Below, one piece after another: positions 32,799 through 41,893 of a stretch of 64,000 nt of DNA. The DNA is from an uncultured virus (IMG/VR IMGVR_UViG_3300046170_000536). Taxonomy: Duplodnaviria > Heunggongvirae > Uroviricota > Caudoviricetes. The notes under the pieces were generated by a model. The model saw only the letters and a list, made by a program, of their open reading frames with translations. It was not told the origin of the DNA and ran no database searches. The DNA is taken from IMG/VR virus record IMGVR_UViG_3300046170_000536; one strand, written 5' to 3'. The position numbers and the translations under genes were made by a program. Numbering within the stretch: position 1 is the first letter of the stretch; each line of letters opens with the position of its first letter.

Positions 32799-32833
32799 GG
32801 GTCAGCCCCGCCGGCCCGGCGCCGGTAGCTCCT

Positions 32834-33934
32834 TCATATAGACGCACGTTCAGGACGAGTGACGAGCCCCCTCGAAGGTGCCCCGTTCACCGGGGAGGCT
32901 TTGAGATTCCTGGAAGAACCTTCATGGGACGGATGAGCATCTTCCAGTCCCCGCTCATGAGACGTTCGAGAGCCTTGAAGCTCAGGGAGACAAAGCGGTG
33001 AGCCGCCCCCCGGTTGGAGAATGCTTCTTTGAAGCGTCCAGACTTGACCGCCCCGTTGAGGGCGTCGACGAGTCCGTCGGGGTCGGGGGTTCTCAGCAGC
33101 GCGGCGGTCCCCGTGCTTGCAAACTTCACCGTTCCCAGGGTGTTGGACTCCTCCCTGGTCGTGCATCCCGGGGCAACGACTGGCCTCAGCCGCTCCTTGC
33201 CCCGGGGTGTGAGCCTTGCCTCCCTTGGGTCCTGCGTCAGGATGACGTCCCTGCCCACAACCCCGGACTTGCCCACCTTGCACTCGTTGCCCGTGATGGT
33301 GACGGCCACGTTGGCGGTGCCCCGGGGGTCGAGCTGGAACGCGGGGACGGATGGGTCCGGCCCGAAGCTCATGTCGGACCACAGTCGCCTCGGGCGGTCC
33401 TCCCGTTTCCACACCTGCACGACCACCTTGAGCTGCCGCGCTTTCCTCCCCCGAGGGAGTCGAGAACCGAGAGAGCCACGCGGGGACGCTCCACTCGGAC
33501 GCCAGGTGCATGAGAGGGTTGATCGTGTCCTCGATGTGCCACATGCGCACGCTCGCCCCGGCCATCCAAACGACCCGGAGGCTCTTGCACTTCCACCTGG
33601 AGCACGCGTTGAGTATGTCAACCTGCTGTGAGAATGGCGGGTTCATGACGACGCACACGTGCCTGTTGGCCAAGGCCGGCCTCCAGTTCAGCGCGGACAC
33701 CCCATACACCACGCCGGAAAACCTTGTTTCGAGTTGTTCTCTCAGTTCCACTCCGATGCGGGGCTTAGGGAGCCTCTTGTACAGGGCACCTTCTCCCACC
33801 CCGATGTCCACGAAGACGGTACCTGGTAGCGAGATGCTCTTGGCCAGGTTCGCCACATTGTCAGCAAGCTCCTCAGGGGTGTAAAAGACTTGCTCACTCT
33901 CGGTGCCTCTCTTGTTTACGCCGCACCATCCCAT
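32834..33934 (-). CDS. DNA N6-adenine methyltransferase-like protein; frameshifted near 33450, 3' end uncertain
   Basis: FYTP, FVDIGVGEGAL (SAM-binding), VVMNPPF; continues in ORF 32887..33621. Confidence 0.7.
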   Translation of the reverse strand: MGWCGVNKRGTESEQVFYTPEELADNVANLAKSISLPGTVFVDIGVGEGALYKRLPKPRIGVELREQLETRFSGVVYGVSALNWRPALANRHVCVVMNPPFSQQVDILNACSRWKCKSLRVVWMAGASVRMWHIEDTINPLMHLASEWSVPAWLSRFSTPSGEESAAAQGGRAGVETGGPPEATVVRHELRAGPIRPRVPARPPGHRQRGRHHHGQRVQGGQVRGCGQGRHPDAGPKGGKAHTPGQGAAEASRCPGMHDQGGVQHPGNGEVCKHGDRRAAENPRPRRTRRRPQRGGQVWTLQRSILQPGGGSPLCLPELQGSRTSHERGLEDAHPSHEGSSRNLKASPVNGAPSRGLVTRPERASI

Positions 33935-33975
33935 CTGTCTTGTCCGCTTATAATTTTCTCGGGATTAATACAGAG

Positions 33976-34665
33976 ATGTTTGCTCGCGTCATATCCCTGA
34001 AGAAGAGAGAGGACCGCCGCCTTGCCTTTCAGAAGGAGATGGAGGGCACGGACATCCCGTTCCTGACGGACATCTCGGTGACCTATGGGGTGGATGGGAA
34101 AGCGCTGGACCTGTCCACCGTCTCCATGGTCGCCGAGGCACGCCTCACCCTGCATAGCCAGATCATCTCGGGCAAGCGTGTGGAACACCGCGACCTCACA
34201 CCGGGCGCCGTGGGGTGTTATATGTCCCACCTCAAGGTGTGGCAGGAGCTCGTGTATTCCGGGCAGCCCTATGGCATCGTGTTCGAGGACGACGTAGGAT
34301 TCGATAGGCCGGATGTAGTCGAACAGGTACTTCGCGACATAGAGGCAGCCCCGGTGGACTGGGACGTCATCCTGTACGTTCCGGACTTCTTCGTCGCGAA
34401 ATATGTGCCCCTGGAAGACTATGACCACGTCATGAAATTTTTCGGCCTGCACTTCTACGTCATCAGGTCCGGTGCATGCGAACGCATTTTTTCGGACATG
34501 CTCCCGATGTCTCAGCAAATTGACTCGGAGATGAGTGTCCTCGCCCACACTGGGAAGCTCAAGATATACAGGCCCACTTCCATGAAGCCCAGACAGTCAC
34601 ACAGCATGGGGACAAACATCCAGGTTCCATTGAAAAAAAATAAAATATTACACAGTGTCAAATGA
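33976..34665 (+). CDS. glycosyltransferase family 25
   Basis: VISLKKREDRR, GVDG, GAVGCYMSH..W, VFEDDV. Confidence 0.88.
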   Translation: MFARVISLKKREDRRLAFQKEMEGTDIPFLTDISVTYGVDGKALDLSTVSMVAEARLTLHSQIISGKRVEHRDLTPGAVGCYMSHLKVWQELVYSGQPYGIVFEDDVGFDRPDVVEQVLRDIEAAPVDWDVILYVPDFFVAKYVPLEDYDHVMKFFGLHFYVIRSGACERIFSDMLPMSQQIDSEMSVLAHTGKLKIYRPTSMKPRQSHSMGTNIQVPLKKNKILHSVK

Positions 34666-35744
34666 GCGAACAGGCATCGGGACAGGGAAAGGTAATTGGC
34701 CTAATAATTACCTTAAGCATACTGGGGACGATAGGGACGCTTATTGCTTACGCGTTCAAGTCCCAGATAGGCCTTGATGGCTGGAACATCGACTGGCTCA
34801 ACGGGTTGGAGGAGTGGGTCCAGAGCTTCCTCCCCGTAACGGCTGTGAGGGGGGGTGACTTCGACGGGGTCGCATTCTTCGATGAATCTGGGAAGAAGTG
34901 TGTGATTGGAGAAAGTACGATGCTCTCGGTTTTGGGCGCCCCCAGCGACTGGAAGGCTATCATGCTCTACAACTCCGAGAAGGCCACTTTCTACGTCGAG
35001 GGGGACGAAACCAGGTCGTTTGAGATCACGCAACACGCAGACGAAGCCACTATCCAGCTCTTCGTCGATGCCCTCGTCGTGGACGGCAACTTTGACGAGA
35101 AGGAGCAGAGCCTCGCGGTGAAAATCGAAGACGCCTTCGATGACGCCGTCGGGTATGTGAGGGTGCTGACCACCACGTCGCTCTACGCCACCGTGGGGAC
35201 CAGCGAGTTTCTGGACATCTCGCGCAGAACAAACCTGCAGCACGGGGCATGCCCTCCCGGCCTTGAGTGCACGATCTATCCGACCGCAACCTTCAGGGAC
35301 ACCTCCGACTTCGAGGGGGTCAATAACAGCCTGAGCTCGGCCAGCGCGCTGGGGGCTTACAGCTATCAGTGGGTCAAGGGGTCCGATTCGGTGCCGCGGC
35401 CCGTGGTTGGGATTGAAAATTACCTGAAGCCTCAGACCGATTACGCCCTGGAGTACGAGGACCAGAATGACGCCAGTCTTGATTTCGCGGGTCACACGAT
35501 AAGTCCAGGGGACCAGCGGGGAGCGCTGAGCGAGCCAAGCTCGGACAACCCCGAGAAGTACACGGATATCATCTACAACAGCTTCAATATGGTGAGCGCC
35601 GCCACCGTCTTTGACGATTTCTACTGCAGGTACGGGAAGAAGATTAGCGACTCAGGCGAGGGGGCATTCACAGATAAGGACCAATGGCCCGAGTGCTTCC
35701 CGGGAGAAAGTCAGACGGAGCAAGAACACAGCCTAACTCAATAA
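34662..35744 (+). CDS. hypothetical acidic membrane-anchored protein
   Basis: N-terminal TM helix; 360-aa ORF. Confidence 0.65.
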   Translation: MSEQASGQGKVIGLIITLSILGTIGTLIAYAFKSQIGLDGWNIDWLNGLEEWVQSFLPVTAVRGGDFDGVAFFDESGKKCVIGESTMLSVLGAPSDWKAIMLYNSEKATFYVEGDETRSFEITQHADEATIQLFVDALVVDGNFDEKEQSLAVKIEDAFDDAVGYVRVLTTTSLYATVGTSEFLDISRRTNLQHGACPPGLECTIYPTATFRDTSDFEGVNNSLSSASALGAYSYQWVKGSDSVPRPVVGIENYLKPQTDYALEYEDQNDASLDFAGHTISPGDQRGALSEPSSDNPEKYTDIIYNSFNMVSAATVFDDFYCRYGKKISDSGEGAFTDKDQWPECFPGESQTEQEHSLTQ

Positions 35745-35794
35745 TCTCCAAATTAAAAAGGGGTCCCAAAGGCATGGGGGTGAGACTGTGAAGA

Positions 35795-36514
35795 ATGTAT
35801 TCCAGCGCGGAGGAGTGCGAAGGCATGCCCATGGCCCCAGTTGCGAGGGCCATCGAGGAGATGGCCGCGTCTGCCTCCCCGGCCCCGGGGTCGCAGGTGG
35901 AGCTGGAGGTGAGGGTCGGCAAGCTGAGGCCGGGGTCGACTCACTTCGTGCCGGGCGTGACACGCGAGTCCTTCTCGGCAATCACGGAGCTCCTCCGCAG
36001 CAATGAGAGGTGGGAGGACTTCCGACACACGAAGCAAACGGACTACTACAAGTCGCTGCGGGGCAACTCGATCCGCCTCAGCCTCGATGACAACACCGGC
36101 GAGGAGAAGATGATCAGAAAGCGCAAGCTGGCGCAGCGCACCTTTCTCATGGAGGGGTGCGCATACGACGTCCGGGTGTCGATGAGCGCGGAGGAGGACC
36201 CGGGGATCACCCTGGAGGAGTTTGGCGACGAGTGCCAGGACAGCAGGGAGAAGGAGCGCGTCAGCTATCGCCACAGAAACAAGTATGGCATGACGTGGTC
36301 CTTCGACGCGACGGTCGTCAAGCCCGGCCCGGACGAGCACCAGGACCCCGACGAGGACTCTGGTGCTATCATCTACGAGATGGAGCTGGAGGTGCCCTGG
36401 GACCATCAGCATAAGAAGTACATGTCTCAGTCCTCCGCTCTGAAGGTGCTGGACGTGCTTCGCGCGGGCGACCCCTTCATGAGTGTGAAAGACTTAGCCG
36501 TCTCAGAGGTGTGA
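35795..36514 (+). CDS. mRNA-capping RNA 5'-triphosphatase (CYTH/TTM, chlorovirus/Cet1-like)
   Basis: ELEVRVG, DVRVSMSAE, REKERVSY, WSFDAT, YEMELE. Confidence 0.85.
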   Translation: MYSSAEECEGMPMAPVARAIEEMAASASPAPGSQVELEVRVGKLRPGSTHFVPGVTRESFSAITELLRSNERWEDFRHTKQTDYYKSLRGNSIRLSLDDNTGEEKMIRKRKLAQRTFLMEGCAYDVRVSMSAEEDPGITLEEFGDECQDSREKERVSYRHRNKYGMTWSFDATVVKPGPDEHQDPDEDSGAIIYEMELEVPWDHQHKKYMSQSSALKVLDVLRAGDPFMSVKDLAVSEV

Positions 36515-36538
36515 TTATTTTTTATTGTCCACAGGTAA

Positions 36539-37174
36539 ATGCGATCTGCCTTGGCCACCCCAACAAGGCCCACCTTTGGACAGCAGCGCTTCACACGACC
36601 GCAGACACGTACTCGTGTGACCCCTCAACAAGTCGTGGACGCAAACATGACTGCGCAACCCCGCATAGATGTGGCAAAGGAAGCCCTCCGAAAAGTCGTG
36701 GGTCGGAACGTTAACGTTTCTCAACACGTCCCGTCAAACAAGACTGTGAGAGCCCGCATAGATGGATCTAACGGCGGAGGTGGGGGCGGAATGGGGAACA
36801 ATGGGGGTAACAACAAAGGCAACAACTCAAATGGCAACAAGAGTAAGTCTTTATGGTGGAACATTTTGCTCGACATGTTGGTGACCATGTACCTCGCAGA
36901 GTCTTGCGCTAAGGATTGGCAGGAAGAGGCCGCCCTTAAGATATTTGCCGACACGATAGTCAGGATATCCTCGAAAGGTTACGTCAGTCCAGTAGATGCA
37001 GCGCTGATTCTCCTAAGGCAACTTTCAGAGAGATTCAAGGAGCTTGAACAAGCAATCAACTTACTTACTCGGACTCGGGGGCATGATTATCTGGGAGACA
37101 TATACTCAATCGTGGCGAAACCAGAATTCAAACAGATTATATCATCATGTCCAAATCTAAGCAATGTCAAATGA
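36539..37174 (+). CDS. hypothetical protein with G/N-rich linker
   Basis: 211-aa ORF. Confidence 0.6.
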   Translation: MRSALATPTRPTFGQQRFTRPQTRTRVTPQQVVDANMTAQPRIDVAKEALRKVVGRNVNVSQHVPSNKTVRARIDGSNGGGGGGMGNNGGNNKGNNSNGNKSKSLWWNILLDMLVTMYLAESCAKDWQEEAALKIFADTIVRISSKGYVSPVDAALILLRQLSERFKELEQAINLLTRTRGHDYLGDIYSIVAKPEFKQIISSCPNLSNVK

Positions 37175-37799
37175 TATTCTGTAAGCAAGGCAGCACGGTG
37201 TGGGCAAAGAGGTCCGCGGTGGAGCAGAGCTTCAAAGCGGGTCCCGTGTCGCTTCCATCGACGTACACCTGATCTGCGAAGATTCTCGTGCGCCTGGGAA
37301 GTGCCCGAATCAGGTCGGTTGCCTCTGCGAGCAGCTGCTGCGACTCTATGGGGAGCCGCTTGGGGAGGGGCCGGCCGAAGTACTTCACGTCCGGAGCCTG
37401 GGGCTGGAAGGGTCCGAAGAAGACGTGCCCAAGCATGCAAGGGGGGTCCGTGACGTAGAAGGCCAGCATGTTCTCCGCCCTGCCCCTGAGCCCCCCCACG
37501 AAGGGCTTGTGGTAGACTGTCCGGAATCTCCTTGTGGTCGCATGTGTCTTGCCGTAAGCCGCAGACGTCTGCACGTACAAGTAAGTCAGAAGGACATCCA
37601 AGCGCTTGAGCGTGCGCGAGTAGGCGAGTATCACGCGGTCCCTATGGAGGTTGCCGCCCCGCCCGGTCCACCTCGGCTCCACCGCGCGCAGCATGCGGAA
37701 CCCGACCTCGTCTTGCAAGTCCTCGCTGAGGGGAAGCTCCCCCGACCGGCACGCGACACATCCAAGGCATGGCGGGTCGAGGCAGACCAGCTGCCGCAT
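37167..37799 (-). CDS. hypothetical protein, paralog 1
   Basis: N-terminus nearly identical to 38052..38696; shared upstream leader gatgaaaattattaattcaaa. Confidence 0.7.
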   Translation of the reverse strand: MRQLVCLDPPCLGCVACRSGELPLSEDLQDEVGFRMLRAVEPRWTGRGGNLHRDRVILAYSRTLKRLDVLLTYLYVQTSAAYGKTHATTRRFRTVYHKPFVGGLRGRAENMLAFYVTDPPCMLGHVFFGPFQPQAPDVKYFGRPLPKRLPIESQQLLAEATDLIRALPRRTRIFADQVYVDGSDTGPALKLCSTADLFAHTVLPCLQNII

Positions 37800-37857
37800 T
37801 TTGAATTAATAATTTTCATCTGAGTACTCCCATCCCACTCCTTAGCCATCCTTCCCC

Positions 37858-38043
37858 TGGGGTTGAACCGGACCACCGCCAACGGACGCATGCCGAAGTC
37901 CTGCATCAGCTCCATCAGCCGTGCCTGTACTCGTTCACCTCCACCACCAGGATGTGACTTTTACAAGTAGTTCCTGGACACCTTCTTGCCGGGTAATAGG
38001 TGGGAGAAGCACCAGACGCATCCAAGGCATGGTGGGTCGAGAC
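37858..38043 (-). pseudogene. deletion-riddled remnant of the EsV-1-7 nuclease 3' region, fused to a fragment of the paralog 5' end
   Basis: Pieces match ~38923-38984, ~39010-39045, ~39174-39228 and catccaaggcatgg.gggtcgag (~38656-38678). Confidence 0.75.
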
Positions 38044-38051
38044 TCTTATGA

Positions 38052-38696
38052 TTAAAAAACAAGACGAGTCAATAACATCCCTGAAAGTTTTTCAGCTTGA
38101 GAGAGATAGTCCCGAGCCGTCTCTTGGTTGGGGTTTCCCTGGGCCAACTCCTGTACGAAGACACGAGTGCGCCTGGGCAGTGCTGCCGCCAGGTAGTTCG
38201 CCTCCCTCAGTAGCTGCTGCGACTCTATGGGAAGCTGCTTGGGAAGGGGTCGGTCGAAGAACTCCACCCTCCTTGGTATCCCATCGTCGCATTTTAGAGA
38301 TCCAAAGAATATCTGTGTGATGCAGCATGGTAATTCCTTGATGTCCTCGACGTAGATGTCCAGCATGGACTCTCCCATTGATCGCAGCTTGCCGAGGGGG
38401 TTGGCGGCTTTCATGTTGCGTGTGATTGCATGCGACTTGCCGTAAGACGCTTCGATCTGAAGCTTCAAGTGCCACAACAGCGAGTTCAAGCGCTTGAGCG
38501 TGCGCGAGTATGCGAGGATGACCCGGTCCCTATGCAAATTGTCGCCCTTGTCGCCCCTCCCGGTCCACCTCGGCTCCACCGCGCGCAGCATGCGGAACCC
38601 GACCTCGTCTTGCAAGTCCTCGCTGAGGGGCAGCGCCCCCGACCGGCACGCGACACATCCAAGGCATGGCGGGTCGAGGCAGACCAGCTGCCGCAT
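38052..38696 (-). CDS. hypothetical protein, paralog 2
   Basis: Paralog of 37167..37799; shared PLPK.LPIESQQLL.EA..LPRRTR.F. Confidence 0.7.
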   Translation of the reverse strand: MRQLVCLDPPCLGCVACRSGALPLSEDLQDEVGFRMLRAVEPRWTGRGDKGDNLHRDRVILAYSRTLKRLNSLLWHLKLQIEASYGKSHAITRNMKAANPLGKLRSMGESMLDIYVEDIKELPCCITQIFFGSLKCDDGIPRRVEFFDRPLPKQLPIESQQLLREANYLAAALPRRTRVFVQELAQGNPNQETARDYLSQAEKLSGMLLTRLVF

Positions 38697-38744
38697 TTTG
38701 AATTAATAATTTTCATCTGAGGAGTCTTCCTGACACAAGAGTAC

Positions 38745-40328
38745 TCAATAGAACAAGTGGTCAACAGTCAGCTCCCTGGAGGGGGGCGAGTCTACATAGC
38801 CCCTGATCGTCCCCACCAGAGCTCCGAGCCTCCCCTTCCACTCGTTGGTCTTGCTCGGCTTCACCCGCAGGATGCCGTTCTTCCCGGTACCCCAGCAGCT
38901 CGTCACGGACCCGTAGGCGTCCGGGTTGAACCTCACCACCACCATAGGACGCATACCGAAGTCCTGCATCAGCTCCATCAGCCGCTTGTTCTCGCACGAG
39001 TACCCCTCGTGCCTGTGCTCGTCCACCTCCACCACCAGGATGTGAGACCCAAAGTCGCAAGCAAGGTCCGGTCGGCGATTGCTGCATCCGCCGGAAACCT
39101 TTCGGTCGTACACCCAGTCAAAGTCCGGGTAGTGCTCCTGGATGGCCTCCGTCACCGCCCTCTCCTTCGTCCGGTAGTTCCTGGACACCTTCTTGCCGGG
39201 GAACAGGTTGGAGAAGCACCGGACGCAATAGCCCCTGTAGTGGCTGTATTGGACAATAGTGTCACACCACTCGGACAGGCACCGAGGGCTGATGACGTCC
39301 TCCATCCCGTCAAGCTTGTGCTTGACGCAGTACAGGCCCTTCTTCTCCCCTGGGAGGTTGAAGACCGGCTGGGCCTTGCAGTCCTCCGCCTTGCACCGAG
39401 GGTTCTTGACGTCTTCCATCCCATCCAGCTTGTGCTTGAAGCAGTACAGCCCCTTCTTCTCCCCTGGGGCGTTGAAGACCGGCTGGGCCTTGCACCCCTC
39501 CTCCTTGCACCGAGGGCTGATGACGTCCTCCATCCCGTCAAGCTTGTGCTTGACGCAGTACAGGCCCTTCTTCTCCCCTGGGAGGTTGAATACCGGGTGG
39601 GCCTTGCACCCCTCCTCCTTGCACCGAGGGTTCTTGACGTCTTCCATCCCATCCAGCTTGTGCTTGCCGCAGTACAGCCCCTTCTTCCCCCCTGGGAGGT
39701 TGAAGGCCGGCCGGGCCTTGCAGTCCTCCGCCTTGCACCGAGCGCTCATGACGTCTTCCATCCCATCCAGCTTGTGCTTGCCGCAGTACAGCCCCTTCTT
39801 CTCCCCTGGGGCGTTGAAGACCGGCTGGGCCTTGCACCCCTCCGCCTTGCACCGAGGGTTCTTGACGTCTTCCATCCCATCCAGCTTGTGCTTGCCGCAG
39901 TACAGCCCCTTCTTCTCCCCTGGGGCGTTGAAGACCGGCCGGGCCTTGCAGTCCTCCGCCTTGCACCGAGCGTTCTTGACATCCTCCATGTCCTCCAGCT
40001 TGTGCTTAGAGCAGTACAGGCCCTTCTTCTCCCCTGGGAGGTTGAAGACCGGATTGAGACTCTTGCACCCCTCCGCCTTGCACCGAGCGCCCATGACGTC
40101 TTCCATCCCATCCAGCTTGTGCTTGCCGCAGTACAGCCCCTTCTTCTCCCCTGGGGCGTTGAAGACCGGCCGGGCCTTGCAGTCCTCCGCCTTGCACACC
40201 CGTTTACCCTTCTTCGCCGGAACCAGCGGCGGCTCCTCGTCATCCCTCGGTCGCTTCTCCCCGACACCGGGGAGCCTAAATGGCATCTGGTGCCCCCCGC
40301 ATGGGCCAGCGGAGCAGCAAGAGTCCAT
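38745..40328 (-). CDS. EsV-1-7 Cys/His repeat protein with C-terminal PD-(D/E)xK-like endonuclease domain
   Basis: Eight ~38-aa repeats CK..CK..P.FN.PGEKKGLYC.KHK..MEDV; then RRPD..VVEVDEHRH..VRFNPD.Y. Confidence 0.88.
   Translation of the reverse strand: MDSCCSAGPCGGHQMPFRLPGVGEKRPRDDEEPPLVPAKKGKRVCKAEDCKARPVFNAPGEKKGLYCGKHKLDGMEDVMGARCKAEGCKSLNPVFNLPGEKKGLYCSKHKLEDMEDVKNARCKAEDCKARPVFNAPGEKKGLYCGKHKLDGMEDVKNPRCKAEGCKAQPVFNAPGEKKGLYCGKHKLDGMEDVMSARCKAEDCKARPAFNLPGGKKGLYCGKHKLDGMEDVKNPRCKEEGCKAHPVFNLPGEKKGLYCVKHKLDGMEDVISPRCKEEGCKAQPVFNAPGEKKGLYCFKHKLDGMEDVKNPRCKAEDCKAQPVFNLPGEKKGLYCVKHKLDGMEDVISPRCLSEWCDTIVQYSHYRGYCVRCFSNLFPGKKVSRNYRTKERAVTEAIQEHYPDFDWVYDRKVSGGCSNRRPDLACDFGSHILVVEVDEHRHEGYSCENKRLMELMQDFGMRPMVVVRFNPDAYGSVTSCWGTGKNGILRVKPSKTNEWKGRLGALVGTIRGYVDSPPSRELTVDHLFY
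39283..40200 (-). repeat. eight coding tandem repeats of ~114 bp
   Basis: Near-identical units visible in the DNA (cagtacagccccttcttctcccctgg...). Confidence 0.9.
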
Positions 40329-40359
40329 TTATTAATTAAAAAATTATACCGGTTAGTAT

Positions 40360-41073
40360 ATGGATTTTGACCTGGTGAGCGATCTCCACGTTGACACGTG
40401 GGGGCGCCCTTTCCCCATCCCAGAGCCCGGCCGACTGCTGGTGGTGGCTGGCGACGTGTCCGACGACCCGGTTCTCACCTCGAGGGTTCTCGGGGACCTT
40501 ACCAGGCACTATTCTCGTGTCCTGTTTGTTGATGGCAATCACGAGTCGTACCAGGATCCCACCCACCCCGAGCGCACGGTGGAGTCAATGACAGCCGCCC
40601 TGCAGAGGCTTCCTCCCAGGAGGCGCAAGAAGGTGCACTACCTGTCTGTGGACGGCCCTTTCATCCACAAGGGGGTTGCTTTCATAGGCAGGAACGGGTG
40701 GTGGAGCCGCGAGGGAGACCGGGAGGCCCGAATTGCCCTGGCCGACGCGCGCAGTCTGGTTGCGGAGGCGGCCGCCATGGAGGAGAAGCCCAGGGTGAGC
40801 GAGGTGGTGGTGGTGACGCACACACCGTCCCATCCCGGGGCTGTGGTCCTTGGCGGGTACATCCGTACGAAGGAGCATGCCGAGATGTATTGCAATCGGC
40901 ACATGGCTGAGCTGCTGAGATTCCCTAAGGTCAGGCTCTTTGTCTTCGGGCACAACCACACGCCTCTTGCCAGGCGCATCCGGGGCAGACACTACCTGTC
41001 CAACCCGAGGGGGCGTCCCGGTGACTACGAAGGGAGTGAGCATTACACGCCATTGACTATTCGATTGAAGTGA
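40360..41073 (+). CDS. calcineurin-like metallophosphoesterase
   Basis: SDLH, AGDV, DGNHE, VTH, FGHNH, SNPRG. Confidence 0.9.
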   Translation: MDFDLVSDLHVDTWGRPFPIPEPGRLLVVAGDVSDDPVLTSRVLGDLTRHYSRVLFVDGNHESYQDPTHPERTVESMTAALQRLPPRRRKKVHYLSVDGPFIHKGVAFIGRNGWWSREGDREARIALADARSLVAEAAAMEEKPRVSEVVVVTHTPSHPGAVVLGGYIRTKEHAEMYCNRHMAELLRFPKVRLFVFGHNHTPLARRIRGRHYLSNPRGRPGDYEGSEHYTPLTIRLK

Positions 41074-41599
41074 GCATCCTAAACTCCTCCCTGCTGAGGA
41101 ATACACACGACGACCGAGGGTCCCCGCACACCGGCGGGGGAGGGTCCCCGCACACCGGCGGGGGAGGGTCCCCGCACACCGGCGGGGGAGGGTCCCCGCA
41201 CACCGGCGGGGGAGGGTCCCCGCACACGTACATGACCCCGTCCTTCACCGTGGCCTGCAGGTGCTCACCGATCTGGTACTTGAGGCCTCGGACACCCCCA
41301 CTCTTGAAGGCTTCAGCGACGTCCACTGGCACCTTGCCCGACTTGAGAGCTCTTTCCCTGGCCCCATCGGTGACCTGCTTGAGCAAGTGATACCATAAGA
41401 GCTCGGCCATCTCCGAGGCGGGTGGCGTTCCCGGGAGGTTCGCGTGACGCGTGTACGAGAGCACGTAGTGGCCAACGATCTTGTGGAGGGGTGCGTCGTC
41501 CCTTGGGGCCATCTTCAAGATTCCTTTCACCGTGTCGTGCAGTGCTTCTGGGAAGTGCTCCTCGACCCGGTTGAGCTCGTATGCTTTCCAAAGCTTCAT
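41057..41599 (-). CDS. hypothetical protein with (VCGDPPPP)n repeats
   Basis: 180-aa ORF; perfect 24-bp tandem repeats at ~41116-41228. Confidence 0.6.
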   Translation of the reverse strand: MKLWKAYELNRVEEHFPEALHDTVKGILKMAPRDDAPLHKIVGHYVLSYTRHANLPGTPPASEMAELLWYHLLKQVTDGARERALKSGKVPVDVAEAFKSGGVRGLKYQIGEHLQATVKDGVMYVCGDPPPPVCGDPPPPVCGDPPPPVCGDPPPPVCGDPRSSCVFLSREEFRMLTSIE

Positions 41600-41877
41600 T
41601 TCTCTCGTCTGCTGAGCACCGCCTTGAGCTCCTCGATGTATCCGAACGACGCTACGCCGGACGAGCTCGGACTCGGACTCGGTCTCGGTTGCGGGGGAGG
41701 CGGGGGTGGTTGACGCGTTCCCCGTGGAGGTGGTGGTGGTGGTGGTGGCGGTGGCGATGGCGGTGGCGGCCGTGCTGACGTTACCGGTGGAGTGTCCAAC
41801 TTGCTCAACAATATATCAAATTTATTTTCGAGGGTTTGTAGGCGCTTCATAAGCTTCTTGTGGGAACATGCGTCCAT
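41596..41877 (-). CDS. small proline-rich protein
   Basis: Coiled-coil-like N-terminus, poly-Pro, C-terminal helix YIEELKAVL. Confidence 0.55.
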   Translation of the reverse strand: MDACSHKKLMKRLQTLENKFDILLSKLDTPPVTSARPPPPSPPPPPPPPPPRGTRQPPPPPPQPRPSPSPSSSGVASFGYIEELKAVLSRREK

Positions 41878-41893
41878 TCAGGATATTCCGAAT

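Noticed and set aside
38757..40370. Long plus-strand ORFs (537 and 358 aa) opposite the EsV-1-7 gene
   Set aside because: Antisense shadows of a GC-rich repetitive gene, with no motifs.
41116..41228. 24-bp repeats as a CRISPR array
   Set aside because: No spacers; in-frame coding tandem repeat; no cas genes.
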